A stretch of DNA of 64,000 nt. It comes from a virus. Made by a program: the position numbers and the translations under genes. The notes beneath the pieces were generated by a model that was not told where the DNA came from, did no database searches, and saw only the letters and a program-made list of their open reading frames with translations. The stretch lies in the IMG/VR virus record IMGVR_UViG_3300045988_167063. One strand, written 5' to 3'. Positions 54,218 to 63,676 of this stretch are shown in pieces (position 1 is the first letter of the stretch; every line of letters begins with the position of its first letter).

Positions 54218-55758
54218 TGGAGGGGTATATGCTATATTTTAATGATATTGGAAATTTAATTTTAGGTGCAATTTGTAATGATTGTTCTTTAGCTTTAAAG
54301 GATAAAATGCCCCTTGTAAAATATGATTTTGAACCTAATCAATTTCATAAAATTGTTTTTGTAAGTGTATATAATCTTGCTTTAAAAGGTGTTAAAGAGG
54401 CAACAGAGGTAGAAATAACAGAGTTTCTTGAAAATTATACTTCAGAGTATAATACTTTCACGGATAATAATGGAATTGAATATATAAAGACAATAAGAAC
54501 ACTTGCAAAAGTTGATAACTTTGATTATTATTGGCAAACTCTCAAAAAATATTCTTTATTAAGAAAATATAAAGAGAGTGGCTTTGACATAAATAAATTT
54601 TTTGATGAGTCAAAAGACGAAACAAAAGAAAGGCAAAAAGTTGATAAAGTTAGTATTGATGATATTGTAAATTATTATGACAAATTACAATGTGACATAA
54701 AAAATGACTTTTTATTTAACAATGATATAGAGGAAATGATATGTGGTGATGGCTTTGATAATTTACTTGACGAATTAGAAAAAGAGCCTATGATTGGTGG
54801 GCAACTTGCCTCACCTATTTTGACGAACTTATATCGTGGTTGGTGTAAAGGACACCTACTTTTGCGTGGTGCTCCGAGTTCTTTTGGTAAAACCTTAATG
54901 AGTATTATGGATTTGCTTATGGTTGGTTGTTTAAAGATATGGAGTGAAGATGAACAGAAATTTGTTGACAATCCCTATTATCAAGGTAAGGCAGTTTTAA
55001 TTCATTCCGAGCAAAAATCTTTTACTGAAATTCAGCCGAGAGTTGTTTCAGTATTAGCAAAAATCAATTATTCAACTGTTCTTGACGGAAATTATACAAA
55101 AGAAGAAAAACAAAGGCTTATCGAGGCAGGTCGTATACTTAAAGAAAGCGAATTTAAAATTGTCAATTATCCTAATTTTACTTCTTCAGGTATGAGAGAA
55201 AAATGTAAACAATTAGCACTTGAGGGATATGAGTATTTTTATCAAGATTACATTTGGAATAATAGTTATATCATTTCAGATATGAAAAAAACAATGGGAT
55301 TGACAAATATTTCAGAGCCTAATGCTTTGTTGAATTTTTCAAATCAACTTAAAATGATTGCCGAGGAATTTGATATTGCTATGGCTACTTCGATGCAGTT
55401 GAATGATACATATAAAACAGCCGAAATACTCGATGAGGGTTGTCTATATGCCTCAAAAGCAGTTAAAACAAAGCTCGATAATGGTTGTATTACAACCCAT
55501 CCAAAAGAAAAGGACATAAAGCAACTTGACTTACTGATTTCTAAATGGAATAGAAAATACAATACTAATAATAACTTTGAACTTCTAAGACCGAATATGT
55601 TGACGAGTTGCTTTAAAACAAGATATGGTAAATATGGTGATAATGTAAAAATTTGGTCTTATATTGATAAGTCAATAGGTAAAATTACAGATATGTTTGC
55701 AACAGATGAACATAATAATTTGATAAATATTCAACCTATGTATATTAAAAGGGTGTAA
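54217..55758 (+). CDS. dnaB: DnaB-like replicative helicase
   Basis: Walker A LLRGAPSSFGKTLMS, a DnaB-like N-terminal domain, and Walker B YFYQDYIW. ATG 54229 is an alternative start. Confidence 0.7.
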   Translation: MEGYMLYFNDIGNLILGAICNDCSLALKDKMPLVKYDFEPNQFHKIVFVSVYNLALKGVKEATEVEITEFLENYTSEYNTFTDNNGIEYIKTIRTLAKVDNFDYYWQTLKKYSLLRKYKESGFDINKFFDESKDETKERQKVDKVSIDDIVNYYDKLQCDIKNDFLFNNDIEEMICGDGFDNLLDELEKEPMIGGQLASPILTNLYRGWCKGHLLLRGAPSSFGKTLMSIMDLLMVGCLKIWSEDEQKFVDNPYYQGKAVLIHSEQKSFTEIQPRVVSVLAKINYSTVLDGNYTKEEKQRLIEAGRILKESEFKIVNYPNFTSSGMREKCKQLALEGYEYFYQDYIWNNSYIISDMKKTMGLTNISEPNALLNFSNQLKMIAEEFDIAMATSMQLNDTYKTAEILDEGCLYASKAVKTKLDNGCITTHPKEKDIKQLDLLISKWNRKYNTNNNFELLRPNMLTSCFKTRYGKYGDNVKIWSYIDKSIGKITDMFATDEHNNLINIQPMYIKRV

Positions 55759-55761
55759 TGT

Positions 55762-56172
55762 ATGAACGATTTAGATAGAAACAAAATAAACAGATTAAAA
55801 TTACTTTACGAGTCGGAATTATATGATAATAAAGGTTTGAGTGCTAATACAACTAACATATGTTTAAATAAACCTTTTGAATTTGAGTATGACACAAACA
55901 CAGATATGACTAATAATAATTTTTCCAAATCTAAAAATGAAGTTATTGTTTTATATATTCAAAATAGAACGCATAGAAAAAAGAGAATAAACAAAAAATG
56001 GTTAAAAAAATTTGGTGTAACTGAAAGAAAAATAAATTGCCATATAGATTATAATATGAAAAATATATGTAATTATGAAGTTAAGATAAATACAACAGAA
56101 TTGACCGATTTTATTAAAGAGATGAAACAACATAGAAATAGAATTTATTTTGAAAATCCGATTAATAATTAA
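55762..56172 (+). CDS. hypothetical 136-aa protein
   Basis: ORF track. Confidence 0.6.
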   Translation: MNDLDRNKINRLKLLYESELYDNKGLSANTTNICLNKPFEFEYDTNTDMTNNNFSKSKNEVIVLYIQNRTHRKKRINKKWLKKFGVTERKINCHIDYNMKNICNYEVKINTTELTDFIKEMKQHRNRIYFENPINN

Positions 56173-56292
56173 GGTGAATATGATATTATGAATGTAAAAT
56201 ATGATTATAAAAATCGCACATATTATATTAAAGAGAAAGTCCACAATCAAACAATGATTATGTAGTTTGAAGAATGTGACAGGTCTTTTGAT

Positions 56293-56592
56293 ATGATATA
56301 TTATAATGTTGTATTGGGTGTATATAATAAAAGAAAGCACACACAGAAAAACGAAAATGATGCTATCGTTACAGGAAAATATCCATTTGAAACAGTAGCA
56401 AAAGCTATGAGAGTATTTAATCTTTTAGAGGAAGAAGTTATAAAAGAAAATAAATTCTACAATAGAAAAATAATGATAATGATTAGTTGGGTTGACAATA
56501 GACGAAGGGATATATATTATAAATATTTATCAAGGCGTGGTTATAAATACGAAGTAGTAGATGGACAGAAATTTATTTGCAAAATATATTGA
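56293..56592 (+). CDS. hypothetical 99-aa protein
   Basis: ORF track. Confidence 0.55.
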   Translation: MIYYNVVLGVYNKRKHTQKNENDAIVTGKYPFETVAKAMRVFNLLEEEVIKENKFYNRKIMIMISWVDNRRRDIYYKYLSRRGYKYEVVDGQKFICKIY

Positions 56593-56617
56593 CAAGCAGA
56601 ATGAAATATGTTATAAT
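56589..56617 (+). promoter_or_regulatory. sigma-A-type promoter upstream of the methyltransferase cluster
   Basis: TTGACA-17-TGtTATAAT. Confidence 0.8.
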
Positions 56618-56760
56618 TAAGACACAATAAAAATAAAAAAGGAGATTTATGTGGACGAAAATATGGAATGTATTTTAGTTTTAGGTTTATTTTTTCTATA
56701 TTTAATAGTAGATAGATTTTTTGATTATTTAAACGAAAGAAATAATAGGAGGTAAAAATA

Positions 56761-57408
56761 ATGCTTAGTGGAACTAAACTTGCAGGTAGTAATTCTAAAA
56801 GAGGTAGAGTTGAGAATGATTTTTATGCAACAAATCCAAAAGCAGTTGAAATGTTGCTCTCAAATAGTGAATTTAAAAAATGGTTTTGGAAAGATTATAA
56901 CAATGGAAGCGATATAGAACTTTTAGAACCTTGTGTGGGTCAAGGACATATTATTCAAGGAATAAAAAATTATTATAATAACAAAAATCTACTTATTAAT
57001 TTTACCTGTCTTGACATTGCTGACCGTGGATATGATAATGTTATTGTGCAAGATTTTATGGAATATGATACAGATAAGCGTTTTGATTGTATTATGACAA
57101 ATCCACCTTATGAAATTGCAATGGAATTTGCACAAAAAGGAATGGAATTGTTGAAGCCTAATGGCAAAATGTGTATGTTTTTAAAAATTCAGTTTTTAGA
57201 GGGTAGAAAGAGAAGAGAATTTTTTGACAAATACCCTCCTCGTTATATTTATGTATTTGAAAAAAGAATGGGAACTTGGCGAAACGGAGAAGAATTTGAA
57301 GAAACGGAAGATGGAAAGAAAAAAAGATTATCGACAACAATGTGCCACGCTTGGTTTTGTTGGGAAAAGGGATTTACAGGTGAACCGATTGTGAGATGGG
57401 TTAGATAG
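56761..57408 (+). CDS. N6-adenine DNA methyltransferase (NPPY)
   Basis: LEPCVGQGHI (motif I) followed by IMTNPPYE (motif IV). Confidence 0.7.
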   Translation: MLSGTKLAGSNSKRGRVENDFYATNPKAVEMLLSNSEFKKWFWKDYNNGSDIELLEPCVGQGHIIQGIKNYYNNKNLLINFTCLDIADRGYDNVIVQDFMEYDTDKRFDCIMTNPPYEIAMEFAQKGMELLKPNGKMCMFLKIQFLEGRKRREFFDKYPPRYIYVFEKRMGTWRNGEEFEETEDGKKKRLSTTMCHAWFCWEKGFTGEPIVRWVR

Positions 57409-57417
57409 GAGATAAAT

Positions 57418-58204
57418 ATGAGTTTAGCTGAAATGTATAAGAGCGCAGATTATAAAGATAAAAATGGAATGTTGTTTAATAATGATTGTCTTGAGATTAT
57501 GAAGAATATACCAGACGAAAGCATAGATTGTATTATTTGCGATTTACCTTATGGAACTACTGACTGTAAATGGGATAGTGTAATTCCCTTTGAGTCTTTG
57601 TGGGGGGGGGTACGAAAGAATAATAAAAAATGATGGTGCTATTATACTGTTTGGTTCAGAGCCATTTAGCAGTGCGTTAAGAATGAGTAACTTAAATTTA
57701 TATAAATATGATTGGGTTTGGGATAAAATTCAAGGTGCTAATTTTCTAAATGTTAAGTATCAGCCCTTAAAAAATGTTGAAAATATTATGGTGTTTTCAA
57801 AAGGTCGTATAACTAATGGTAAAAGACAACCGATTAAGTATAATCCACAAGGAGTACACAAAACAAATACTGTAAAAACAAATTCATCTGATTATAATGG
57901 CACTTTTGGTTCATCAAGCGTTAAAAAAGGCAAGGAATATGTAACAACAGGAAGTGGTTATCCTAAATGTATTTTACAATTCGCAAAAGATAAAGATGGA
58001 TTGCATCCAACACAAAAACCCGTTAAATTACTTGAATACTTAATTAAAACCTACACAGACGAAAACAATATTGTTTTAGATAACTGTATGGGTTCTGGTA
58101 GCACAGGAGTAGCGTGTTTAAATACAAATAGAAAATTTATAGGTATAGAATTAGACAAACAGTATTTTAATATTGCAGTTGAAAGAATGAAAAATAAGGA
58201 GTAA
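57418..58204 (+). CDS. DNA methyltransferase (N6_N4_Mtase, DLPY) split by a frameshift at a G9 tract
   Basis: Track ORFs 57418..57633 and 57590..58204 are the two halves of one enzyme. CDLPYG..ESLWGG|[27 protein letters not shown] is in frame if the tract 57602-57610 is G8. Confidence 0.75.
57602..57610 (+). repeat. G9 homopolymer inside the methyltransferase gene
   Basis: tggggggggg. Confidence 0.95.
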
Positions 58205-58211
58205 AAAAAAT

Positions 58212-58943
58212 ATGGTATATATGGGCAGTAAATCACGAATAGCTAAAGAAATTGTGCCGATTATTCAGTCTTATATTGATGATAATAATATTCATAATTA
58301 TTTAGAGCCATTTTGTGGGGGGGGCAATGTAATTGATAAGGTAAAATGTGAACATAAATATGCAAGTGATGTTCATCCTTATTTAATTGCATTGTTAAAG
58401 CAAGCACAAAAAGATACAAGTGTATTTCCTGAAACGATTACTTTAGAAGAATATAAAGATGTTAAAGACAATAAAGAAAAATATCCTGCTTGGTATGTTG
58501 GACTTGTTGGGTTTTGTGCAAGTTATAATGGTAAATGGTTCAGTGGTTATGCAAATAATATTAAAACTAAAATCGGAACAGTTAGAAAGTATGCAGACGA
58601 AAAAATAAGAAACCTCATCAAACAATCATTAAACTTAAAAGATATTCAATTTACTTGTTGTGATTTTAGAAATATTAAGCCGACTATTAAGAATTTTGTG
58701 ATTTATTGCGACATTCCTTATAAAAATTCTACAAAATATAAAGTAGATGATTTCCCTTATGATGAATTTTATGATTGGTGTAGACAAATGGCTAAAAATA
58801 ATATAGTATTAGTCAGCGAATATAATATGCCAGATGATTTTGAGTGTATATGGCAAAAAGAAATTAAAACCTCATTGTGTATAGATAGAGCAAAAACAGA
58901 CTCAAAACGAGTTGAAAAACTTTTTATAATAAATTCAAAATAA
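58212..58943 (+). CDS. dam: Dam-like (D12 class) N6-adenine DNA methyltransferase containing a G8 tract
   Basis: MGSKSRIAKEI, EPFCGGGNV (FxGxG, encoded by G8 at 58317-58324) and YCDIPY. Confidence 0.8.
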   Translation: MVYMGSKSRIAKEIVPIIQSYIDDNNIHNYLEPFCGGGNVIDKVKCEHKYASDVHPYLIALLKQAQKDTSVFPETITLEEYKDVKDNKEKYPAWYVGLVGFCASYNGKWFSGYANNIKTKIGTVRKYADEKIRNLIKQSLNLKDIQFTCCDFRNIKPTIKNFVIYCDIPYKNSTKYKVDDFPYDEFYDWCRQMAKNNIVLVSEYNMPDDFECIWQKEIKTSLCIDRAKTDSKRVEKLFIINSK

Positions 58944-58946
58944 TAC

Positions 58947-58975
58947 TTGACAATCTCCTTATCTTGTGATATAAT
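58947..58975 (+). promoter_or_regulatory. sigma-A-type promoter
   Basis: TTGACA-17-TGaTATAAT. Confidence 0.8.
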
Positions 58976-59006
58976 TAAGACAACAAATAGATAAGGAGAT
59001 TTTTTT

Positions 59007-59192
59007 ATGAGAATTTATACAATATTAGTCAATGGAGAGAAAGTCTTGCCAAAAGCATATAAAACTTATGGTGAAGCATTAGAGTGTATTCTTTGCCCAT
59101 TAAATATAAAGAACACACAAAGGTTAGGTCAAGGATTGTTTGTAGTAAACGATACAACATATCAGATTACAGAATGTTATGTGGAGGATTAA
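59007..59192 (+). CDS. hypothetical 61-aa protein
   Basis: AAGGAG SD. Confidence 0.6.
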   Translation: MRIYTILVNGEKVLPKAYKTYGEALECILCPLNIKNTQRLGQGLFVVNDTTYQITECYVED

Positions 59193-59194
59193 CT

Positions 59195-59722
59195 ATGAGA
59201 GAAATATTATTTAGAGGGAAACCTGTTCATAAAGAAGATTATACACTTTACGAAAAACTTTACAAGTCTGATGTTTTTAAAGATGGATTTGCCTATGGTT
59301 CTTTAGTTGTAATAAAAGATAAATATTATATTTGTATAGGTGTTGCAGGTGTTTCGATTAACAGTTTAATCAATAATACAACAGCGACTTTAGTTGAGGT
59401 TATTCCTGAAACCGTAGGACAATTCACAGGCTTGACCGACAAAAACGGTAAAAAGATTTTTGAGGGGGATATTGTAAAAACTCAACCATTTTCTGATAAA
59501 CCTTATTCCAGCAAAGCAAAATATAAAAAGCATATTGGTGTTGTCGAATATCGGATACGACATTTCAAAAATCATTTTTATGGACAGGATTACGAAGCCA
59601 GATGGACAGTTACAATCATTGACTATGGCAAATTCACTTGTTATAATTGGAATGAATTTTTTAAATGCGAAATTATCGGCAACATACACGATAACCCTGA
59701 ATTGTTGGAGGTAAAAGAATGA
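59195..59722 (+). CDS. YopX-family protein, paralog 2
   Basis: MREILFRG.., GQFTGLTDKNGKKIFEGDIV and IGNIHDNPELLEVKE. GGAGG SD. The track ORF starts upstream at 59084. Confidence 0.75.
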   Translation: MREILFRGKPVHKEDYTLYEKLYKSDVFKDGFAYGSLVVIKDKYYICIGVAGVSINSLINNTTATLVEVIPETVGQFTGLTDKNGKKIFEGDIVKTQPFSDKPYSSKAKYKKHIGVVEYRIRHFKNHFYGQDYEARWTVTIIDYGKFTCYNWNEFFKCEIIGNIHDNPELLEVKE

Positions 59723-59898
59723 CAAATTTTGAGCGAATTAAAAATATGAGTGTTGAGGAAATGGCAAGTGAAATCAATCACATAGGCAATGTTCCTTGCT
59801 TTCCTTGCAATGACAGAAGATGTACAGGAGATAGCGGTAGTGTTATCAAATGTTGCAAAGGTATAAAAAAGTGGTTTGAAAGCGAGGTAGAGGAATGA
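59719..59898 (+). CDS. small Cys-rich protein (59 aa), paralog of 30798..31001
   Basis: Hand-translated MTNFERIKNMSVEEMA...KKWFESEVEE. ATGA-coupled at both ends. Confidence 0.55.
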   Translation: MTNFERIKNMSVEEMASEINHIGNVPCFPCNDRRCTGDSGSVIKCCKGIKKWFESEVEE

Positions 59899-60416
59899 AA
59901 GCACAAGAAGCAATTAAAACGCTCAAAATGGAAATGTTGGGCGATGATGAGCAAATGAAATATGCTAAACAAATGGCAATAGAAGCACTTGAAAAACAAA
60001 TACCTAAAGAGCCTATTAAAAAATATGATTGTAAAAATTGTATTCACGATGAAATATGCCCTGTATGGGATGATTATAATGACGAACCTTGCAAAGACGG
60101 ATATAGAGGATTTTGTCATAATTATGATAAATTTAAAGATAAATCACTAATTGTTGAATTGCCTTGTAGGGTTGGCGAAGAAATTTATGTTTTAAACAAA
60201 GAGAACATACCGCAAAGAATGATTTTAGACAAACCCGACATAAGATGTTATTGTCCAAAAGAAGACTATTTATGTAAGGCTTCGTGTGATGATATGAAAC
60301 ACTGTTATTGTGCATATCATTTTAACTATGATGGGTCAGATATTGGTGAAAAAGTTTTTCGCACTAAAGAAGAAGCAGAAGAAAAGTTAAAGGAGTTAAA
60401 TAATGAACAAGATTAA
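59895..60416 (+). CDS. Cys-rich 173-aa protein; C-terminus paralogous to 29003..29377
   Basis: ORF track; shares VELPCRVGEEIY..TKEEAEEKLKELN. Confidence 0.65.
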   Translation: MKAQEAIKTLKMEMLGDDEQMKYAKQMAIEALEKQIPKEPIKKYDCKNCIHDEICPVWDDYNDEPCKDGYRGFCHNYDKFKDKSLIVELPCRVGEEIYVLNKENIPQRMILDKPDIRCYCPKEDYLCKASCDDMKHCYCAYHFNYDGSDIGEKVFRTKEEAEEKLKELNNEQD

Positions 60417-60702
60417 AGATATTGAATTAGAACAAATGAAAGACCTTAATAATTGGAAAGAGATTACGAAAGGATTATATCGTTATGTGATTAGTGCAAA
60501 TGCTTGTTATGAAATTCATATCAAGATACGCAAATTTGATAGACCTATTTTAATGGCAAACGCAAGTTTGTTTTTAGTCGGTGATTGGCGTGATAAAAAT
60601 GGGGGTAGTTTCTTTTCAAGAGAGTGTTTATTATCAAAGAACCAAACTGTTCAGAAATGTATTGAAAAGGCAATACAAGATTACAAGGAAAATATGAATT
60701 AA
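60403..60702 (+). CDS. hypothetical 99-aa protein
   Basis: ORF track. Confidence 0.6.
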   Translation: MNKIKDIELEQMKDLNNWKEITKGLYRYVISANACYEIHIKIRKFDRPILMANASLFLVGDWRDKNGGSFFSRECLLSKNQTVQKCIEKAIQDYKENMN

Positions 60703-60714
60703 AGGGGACTTATA

Positions 60715-60939
60715 ATGAATAATAACGATTGGATAAGTATTGATGAAGCTTTACCTACTCACAATTGTAGAGTTCTTGTTTTTAAAAAAGGAAATGCACC
60801 TTATAACGATATAGTAGAAGTATTTTATTATAATAGTGATGAAAAAGTATTTTATAATTATTATTGGAGTTATTACGAAGAGATTGCCCCAACATATTGG
60901 AAATATATTTATTTACCAGACGGAACAGAGGTATTATAG
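60715..60939 (+). CDS. DUF551-like protein
   Basis: WISIDEALP...RVLVF...YWKYIYLP resembles the DUF551 pattern. Confidence 0.45.
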   Translation: MNNNDWISIDEALPTHNCRVLVFKKGNAPYNDIVEVFYYNSDEKVFYNYYWSYYEEIAPTYWKYIYLPDGTEVL

Positions 60940-60986
60940 GAAAATTTAATTGAAAAGTTCAAGAGAAAAAGATTGGAGAAAAATGA

Positions 60987-61427
60987 ATGAATAGTTATTT
61001 AGATTTTGATTTAATGAAAAAATATCCCAATAAATACAACTTAACACCTAAAAACATAAGTACAATTAAAGTATTGGATTGGGATAGGCTTAAAGAACAT
61101 ACTTCTGATTACACAAAAAGGGATAATCAATTTTGTTGTCATCTTGAAGGATGTGAAAAAGAAGGACAACCATTTAATAATAAAAATGAATTTTGGATAG
61201 GCTTTTTTGTAGACGGAGAAGTTGCTTGTTATTTTACTACTCTCTTTGCTATTTTCCACAAAAAAAATGAAAGTCCTTATTCTCTTTATAGCGATTATTA
61301 TAATTTTGAAAAGTTTTATTCCATAAAAAGTATTAAAAATCCCTACGATATGCAAGTTCAAGTAAATGCAATTAAGTACCTAAATATGTTAATTGACGAG
61401 AAAATTATTTCACCACCAAACGAATAA
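60987..61427 (+). CDS. hypothetical 146-aa protein
   Basis: ORF track. Confidence 0.6.
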   Translation: MNSYLDFDLMKKYPNKYNLTPKNISTIKVLDWDRLKEHTSDYTKRDNQFCCHLEGCEKEGQPFNNKNEFWIGFFVDGEVACYFTTLFAIFHKKNESPYSLYSDYYNFEKFYSIKSIKNPYDMQVQVNAIKYLNMLIDEKIISPPNE

Positions 61428-61460
61428 ACATACCCTATGAGGTATAAAGGAGAAAGTTAA

Positions 61461-62111
61461 ATGAAAATATTATATCCTAATGGGTATATTGTTATAAACG
61501 AAGATACTCACGAATACCGATTTTTTGATTATTTAAAAAATTATTCCAATTTTAGTACAGTTAATATAAGCAAACAGGAAATTGATAATTTAATTTCAAA
61601 GTATCAAAATTGGTTTAAATTTTCTCTTGTTTCGGACAGAATATTTGGTGAGCCAAAATTAAAAAAGCCTAAAGAGTTAAACAATATAAAACAAAGTGGA
61701 AATATTAGCTTTTGTCGTAATAAATGTAAATGCCCTTATTTTATAAAAGGCAACGATATTTATATTAAACACCGAGATTATTTTTCTAAAAGTTTTGAAA
61801 TACCAAAAGAAGATATGAACGCACCATTAAATGTTATTTTAAATAAATATTTCAATAAAAATAAAGCAAATAAATTTGTATATCCTGACTGTTGGGGAGA
61901 TGTAGTTTTACGCAATGAGGCTTGGATAAAATTAGAAAATATAATGTTGTTTGTTAATGATTATCTTCCAAGTCAACTCGCCTATATGGTATGTCAACAA
62001 CAAAAAGAATATCATAAATTTGAAGATGATTTAGATATGGAATGGGAGAATTTTTATGAGGAACTATTTAGAAAATTGAGAAAAACACTTGACAATCAAT
62101 CTACTTTATGA
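61461..62111 (+). CDS. hypothetical 216-aa protein
   Basis: AAGGAG SD. Confidence 0.65.
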   Translation: MKILYPNGYIVINEDTHEYRFFDYLKNYSNFSTVNISKQEIDNLISKYQNWFKFSLVSDRIFGEPKLKKPKELNNIKQSGNISFCRNKCKCPYFIKGNDIYIKHRDYFSKSFEIPKEDMNAPLNVILNKYFNKNKANKFVYPDCWGDVVLRNEAWIKLENIMLFVNDYLPSQLAYMVCQQQKEYHKFEDDLDMEWENFYEELFRKLRKTLDNQSTL

Positions 62112-62117
62112 TATAAT
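62089..62117 (+). promoter_or_regulatory. sigma-A-type promoter embedded in a gene's 3' end
   Basis: AAAAACACTTGACA-17-TGaTATAAT. Confidence 0.75.
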
Positions 62118-62147
62118 CAAACCATACTAATTAAAGGAGTGTTTATT

Positions 62148-63077
62148 ATGTATTTACACAAAAGTTTAGACGAAAATGGAATTGAAAAGAAATTGCCTAT
62201 TTTTGAGGCAGGAGATATTGTCTATTTTATCAATTATGATAGAAAAGTTCCAAAAATAAGCAGACACTATCGAGTTGATATTGGTATAGTTTATGATGAT
62301 TGGTTTTATACTAATGAAGTAAAGGTTTCATTACTTGTACCTAAAGAAGATAGATTAGTTAATGGTGTGTCTTGGAATGAATTTAAAACACCGACAAAAG
62401 TTATGCCTTTAGTCTCAAATGATAGAAAACTAAAGCCTTATGAGATATATAATAAATATGTTCATATTACACACGAAAAAACTTCGATTTTTTATAAAGA
62501 TATAGATATTTCAAATCGTGATGAGATTGTAAAATATGTATTAAGCAAAGATTTAATTCCGTTAGTTGAAAGAGATAATAGTTACATAAGTTTTAGATAT
62601 GATGATAGTGGTAAAGGTTATTATTTAACAAGAGAATATGACCCATATGTCCATCCGTTTATTTATATTTCAAAATATTATAGTAAATATGTATGGGAAA
62701 ACGAACATAAATTATGTTATTCAGATACTTTTTCAATAGGATTTAATTATAATAAAATAAAAACTCTTTGTGATAAATTAAATGAATTGCAAATTTTACA
62801 TAAAGAAAAAATTGATAATATGACAGAATTAGATTTTGTTATTGAGGAAATTGATGATGTTTGTGGCAAATACAATAAAATATATTGTGACGATATTTAT
62901 TATACACGAGCAGTAAAACAATGGCTTTTAGCAAAGAAAAACGCAGATAAACTTTGTGTAAGATTATATTGTGGAGATATTCAATGGAAGTATTCGCAAA
63001 ATTCAAAATGGCAAAAGGTTGATAAAGATGAAATCAACACTATAATCTTTATGAATAAGAGGTCACGGGAGGTTTGA
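62148..63077 (+). CDS. hypothetical 309-aa protein
   Basis: AAAGGAG, 8 nt, then ATG 62148. The track start is GTG at 62139. Confidence 0.65.
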   Translation: MYLHKSLDENGIEKKLPIFEAGDIVYFINYDRKVPKISRHYRVDIGIVYDDWFYTNEVKVSLLVPKEDRLVNGVSWNEFKTPTKVMPLVSNDRKLKPYEIYNKYVHITHEKTSIFYKDIDISNRDEIVKYVLSKDLIPLVERDNSYISFRYDDSGKGYYLTREYDPYVHPFIYISKYYSKYVWENEHKLCYSDTFSIGFNYNKIKTLCDKLNELQILHKEKIDNMTELDFVIEEIDDVCGKYNKIYCDDIYYTRAVKQWLLAKKNADKLCVRLYCGDIQWKYSQNSKWQKVDKDEINTIIFMNKRSREV

Positions 63078-63078
63078 T

Positions 63079-63666
63079 ATGGAGTATTTAATTACGAATG
63101 GCAACTTATATGTTGGTGGAGATAAAAACGGCACACGCACGCTTACAACGAATATAAATAATGCTTGTGTATATTCTACTAAAGCAAAAGCAGAAAACGA
63201 GCTTGAAAACGCTGTTAGAAGTAAAAATGGTTGGTCTTTAACTGTAAATAATGAATGGTTTATTAAAGGCAAACAAGATATTGAAATGGTTGAACCTATT
63301 GAACTTGATTTTGATTTTCATAAAGAAATAATTGAATTACAAGATAAAATAAACCAACTTGAACAAAGAAAAGAATATTTAAAATATCTTATAAGTAAGT
63401 GTGATAGAGAAATTAGTGATATTCAACATTGTGCCGAGTTTTATAATCTTAATGCAAGTCAAGGCTATAAACTTTATAAAATGTTACATAATGTAACTAA
63501 TAAGCGTAGAGAAGTTAAAAATGAATTTAATTCAATTAGTCTGATTTTATCATCTAAAATAACAAGTGCTGAAATCAATAATGTAAATAAATCAATTTAT
63601 GGTATATATAACAACCAACAATATTCAAACAGAGTATTTGATGATTTATTTGATATAGTAAAGTGA
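63079..63666 (+). CDS. hypothetical 195-aa protein with a central coiled coil
   Basis: ORF track. Confidence 0.65.
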   Translation: MEYLITNGNLYVGGDKNGTRTLTTNINNACVYSTKAKAENELENAVRSKNGWSLTVNNEWFIKGKQDIEMVEPIELDFDFHKEIIELQDKINQLEQRKEYLKYLISKCDREISDIQHCAEFYNLNASQGYKLYKMLHNVTNKRREVKNEFNSISLILSSKITSAEINNVNKSIYGIYNNQQYSNRVFDDLFDIVK

Positions 63667-63676
63667 GGTATATAAA

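Noticed and set aside
29003-60416. Recurrent ..LEVKE/..EVEE protein C-termini as a functional peptide motif.
   Set aside because: They are explained by the reused nucleotide junction (T)TGGAGGTAAAAGAATGA / GAGGTAGAGGAATGA, which supplies the SD and overlapping start of the next gene.
28180-63272. Minus-strand or alternative-frame track ORFs inside the plus-strand block: 28180..28461, 29425..29610, 30817..31080, 32284..32598, 33892..34110, 34666..34869, 40141..40371, 40349..40552, 40467..40673, 40625..40852, 41304..41492, 43271..43495, 44033..44257, 44121..44315, 44658..44885, 46212..46424, 50761..51111, 54675..54971, 55344..55562, 56002..56340, 57158..57340, 58051..58236, 58443..58625, 59390..59725, 59641..59913, 59778..60119, 60133..60315, 61041..61361 and 63063..63272.
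   Set aside because: They overlap better-supported genes or run through promoters and terminators. They lack an SD and have hydrophobic low-complexity translations.
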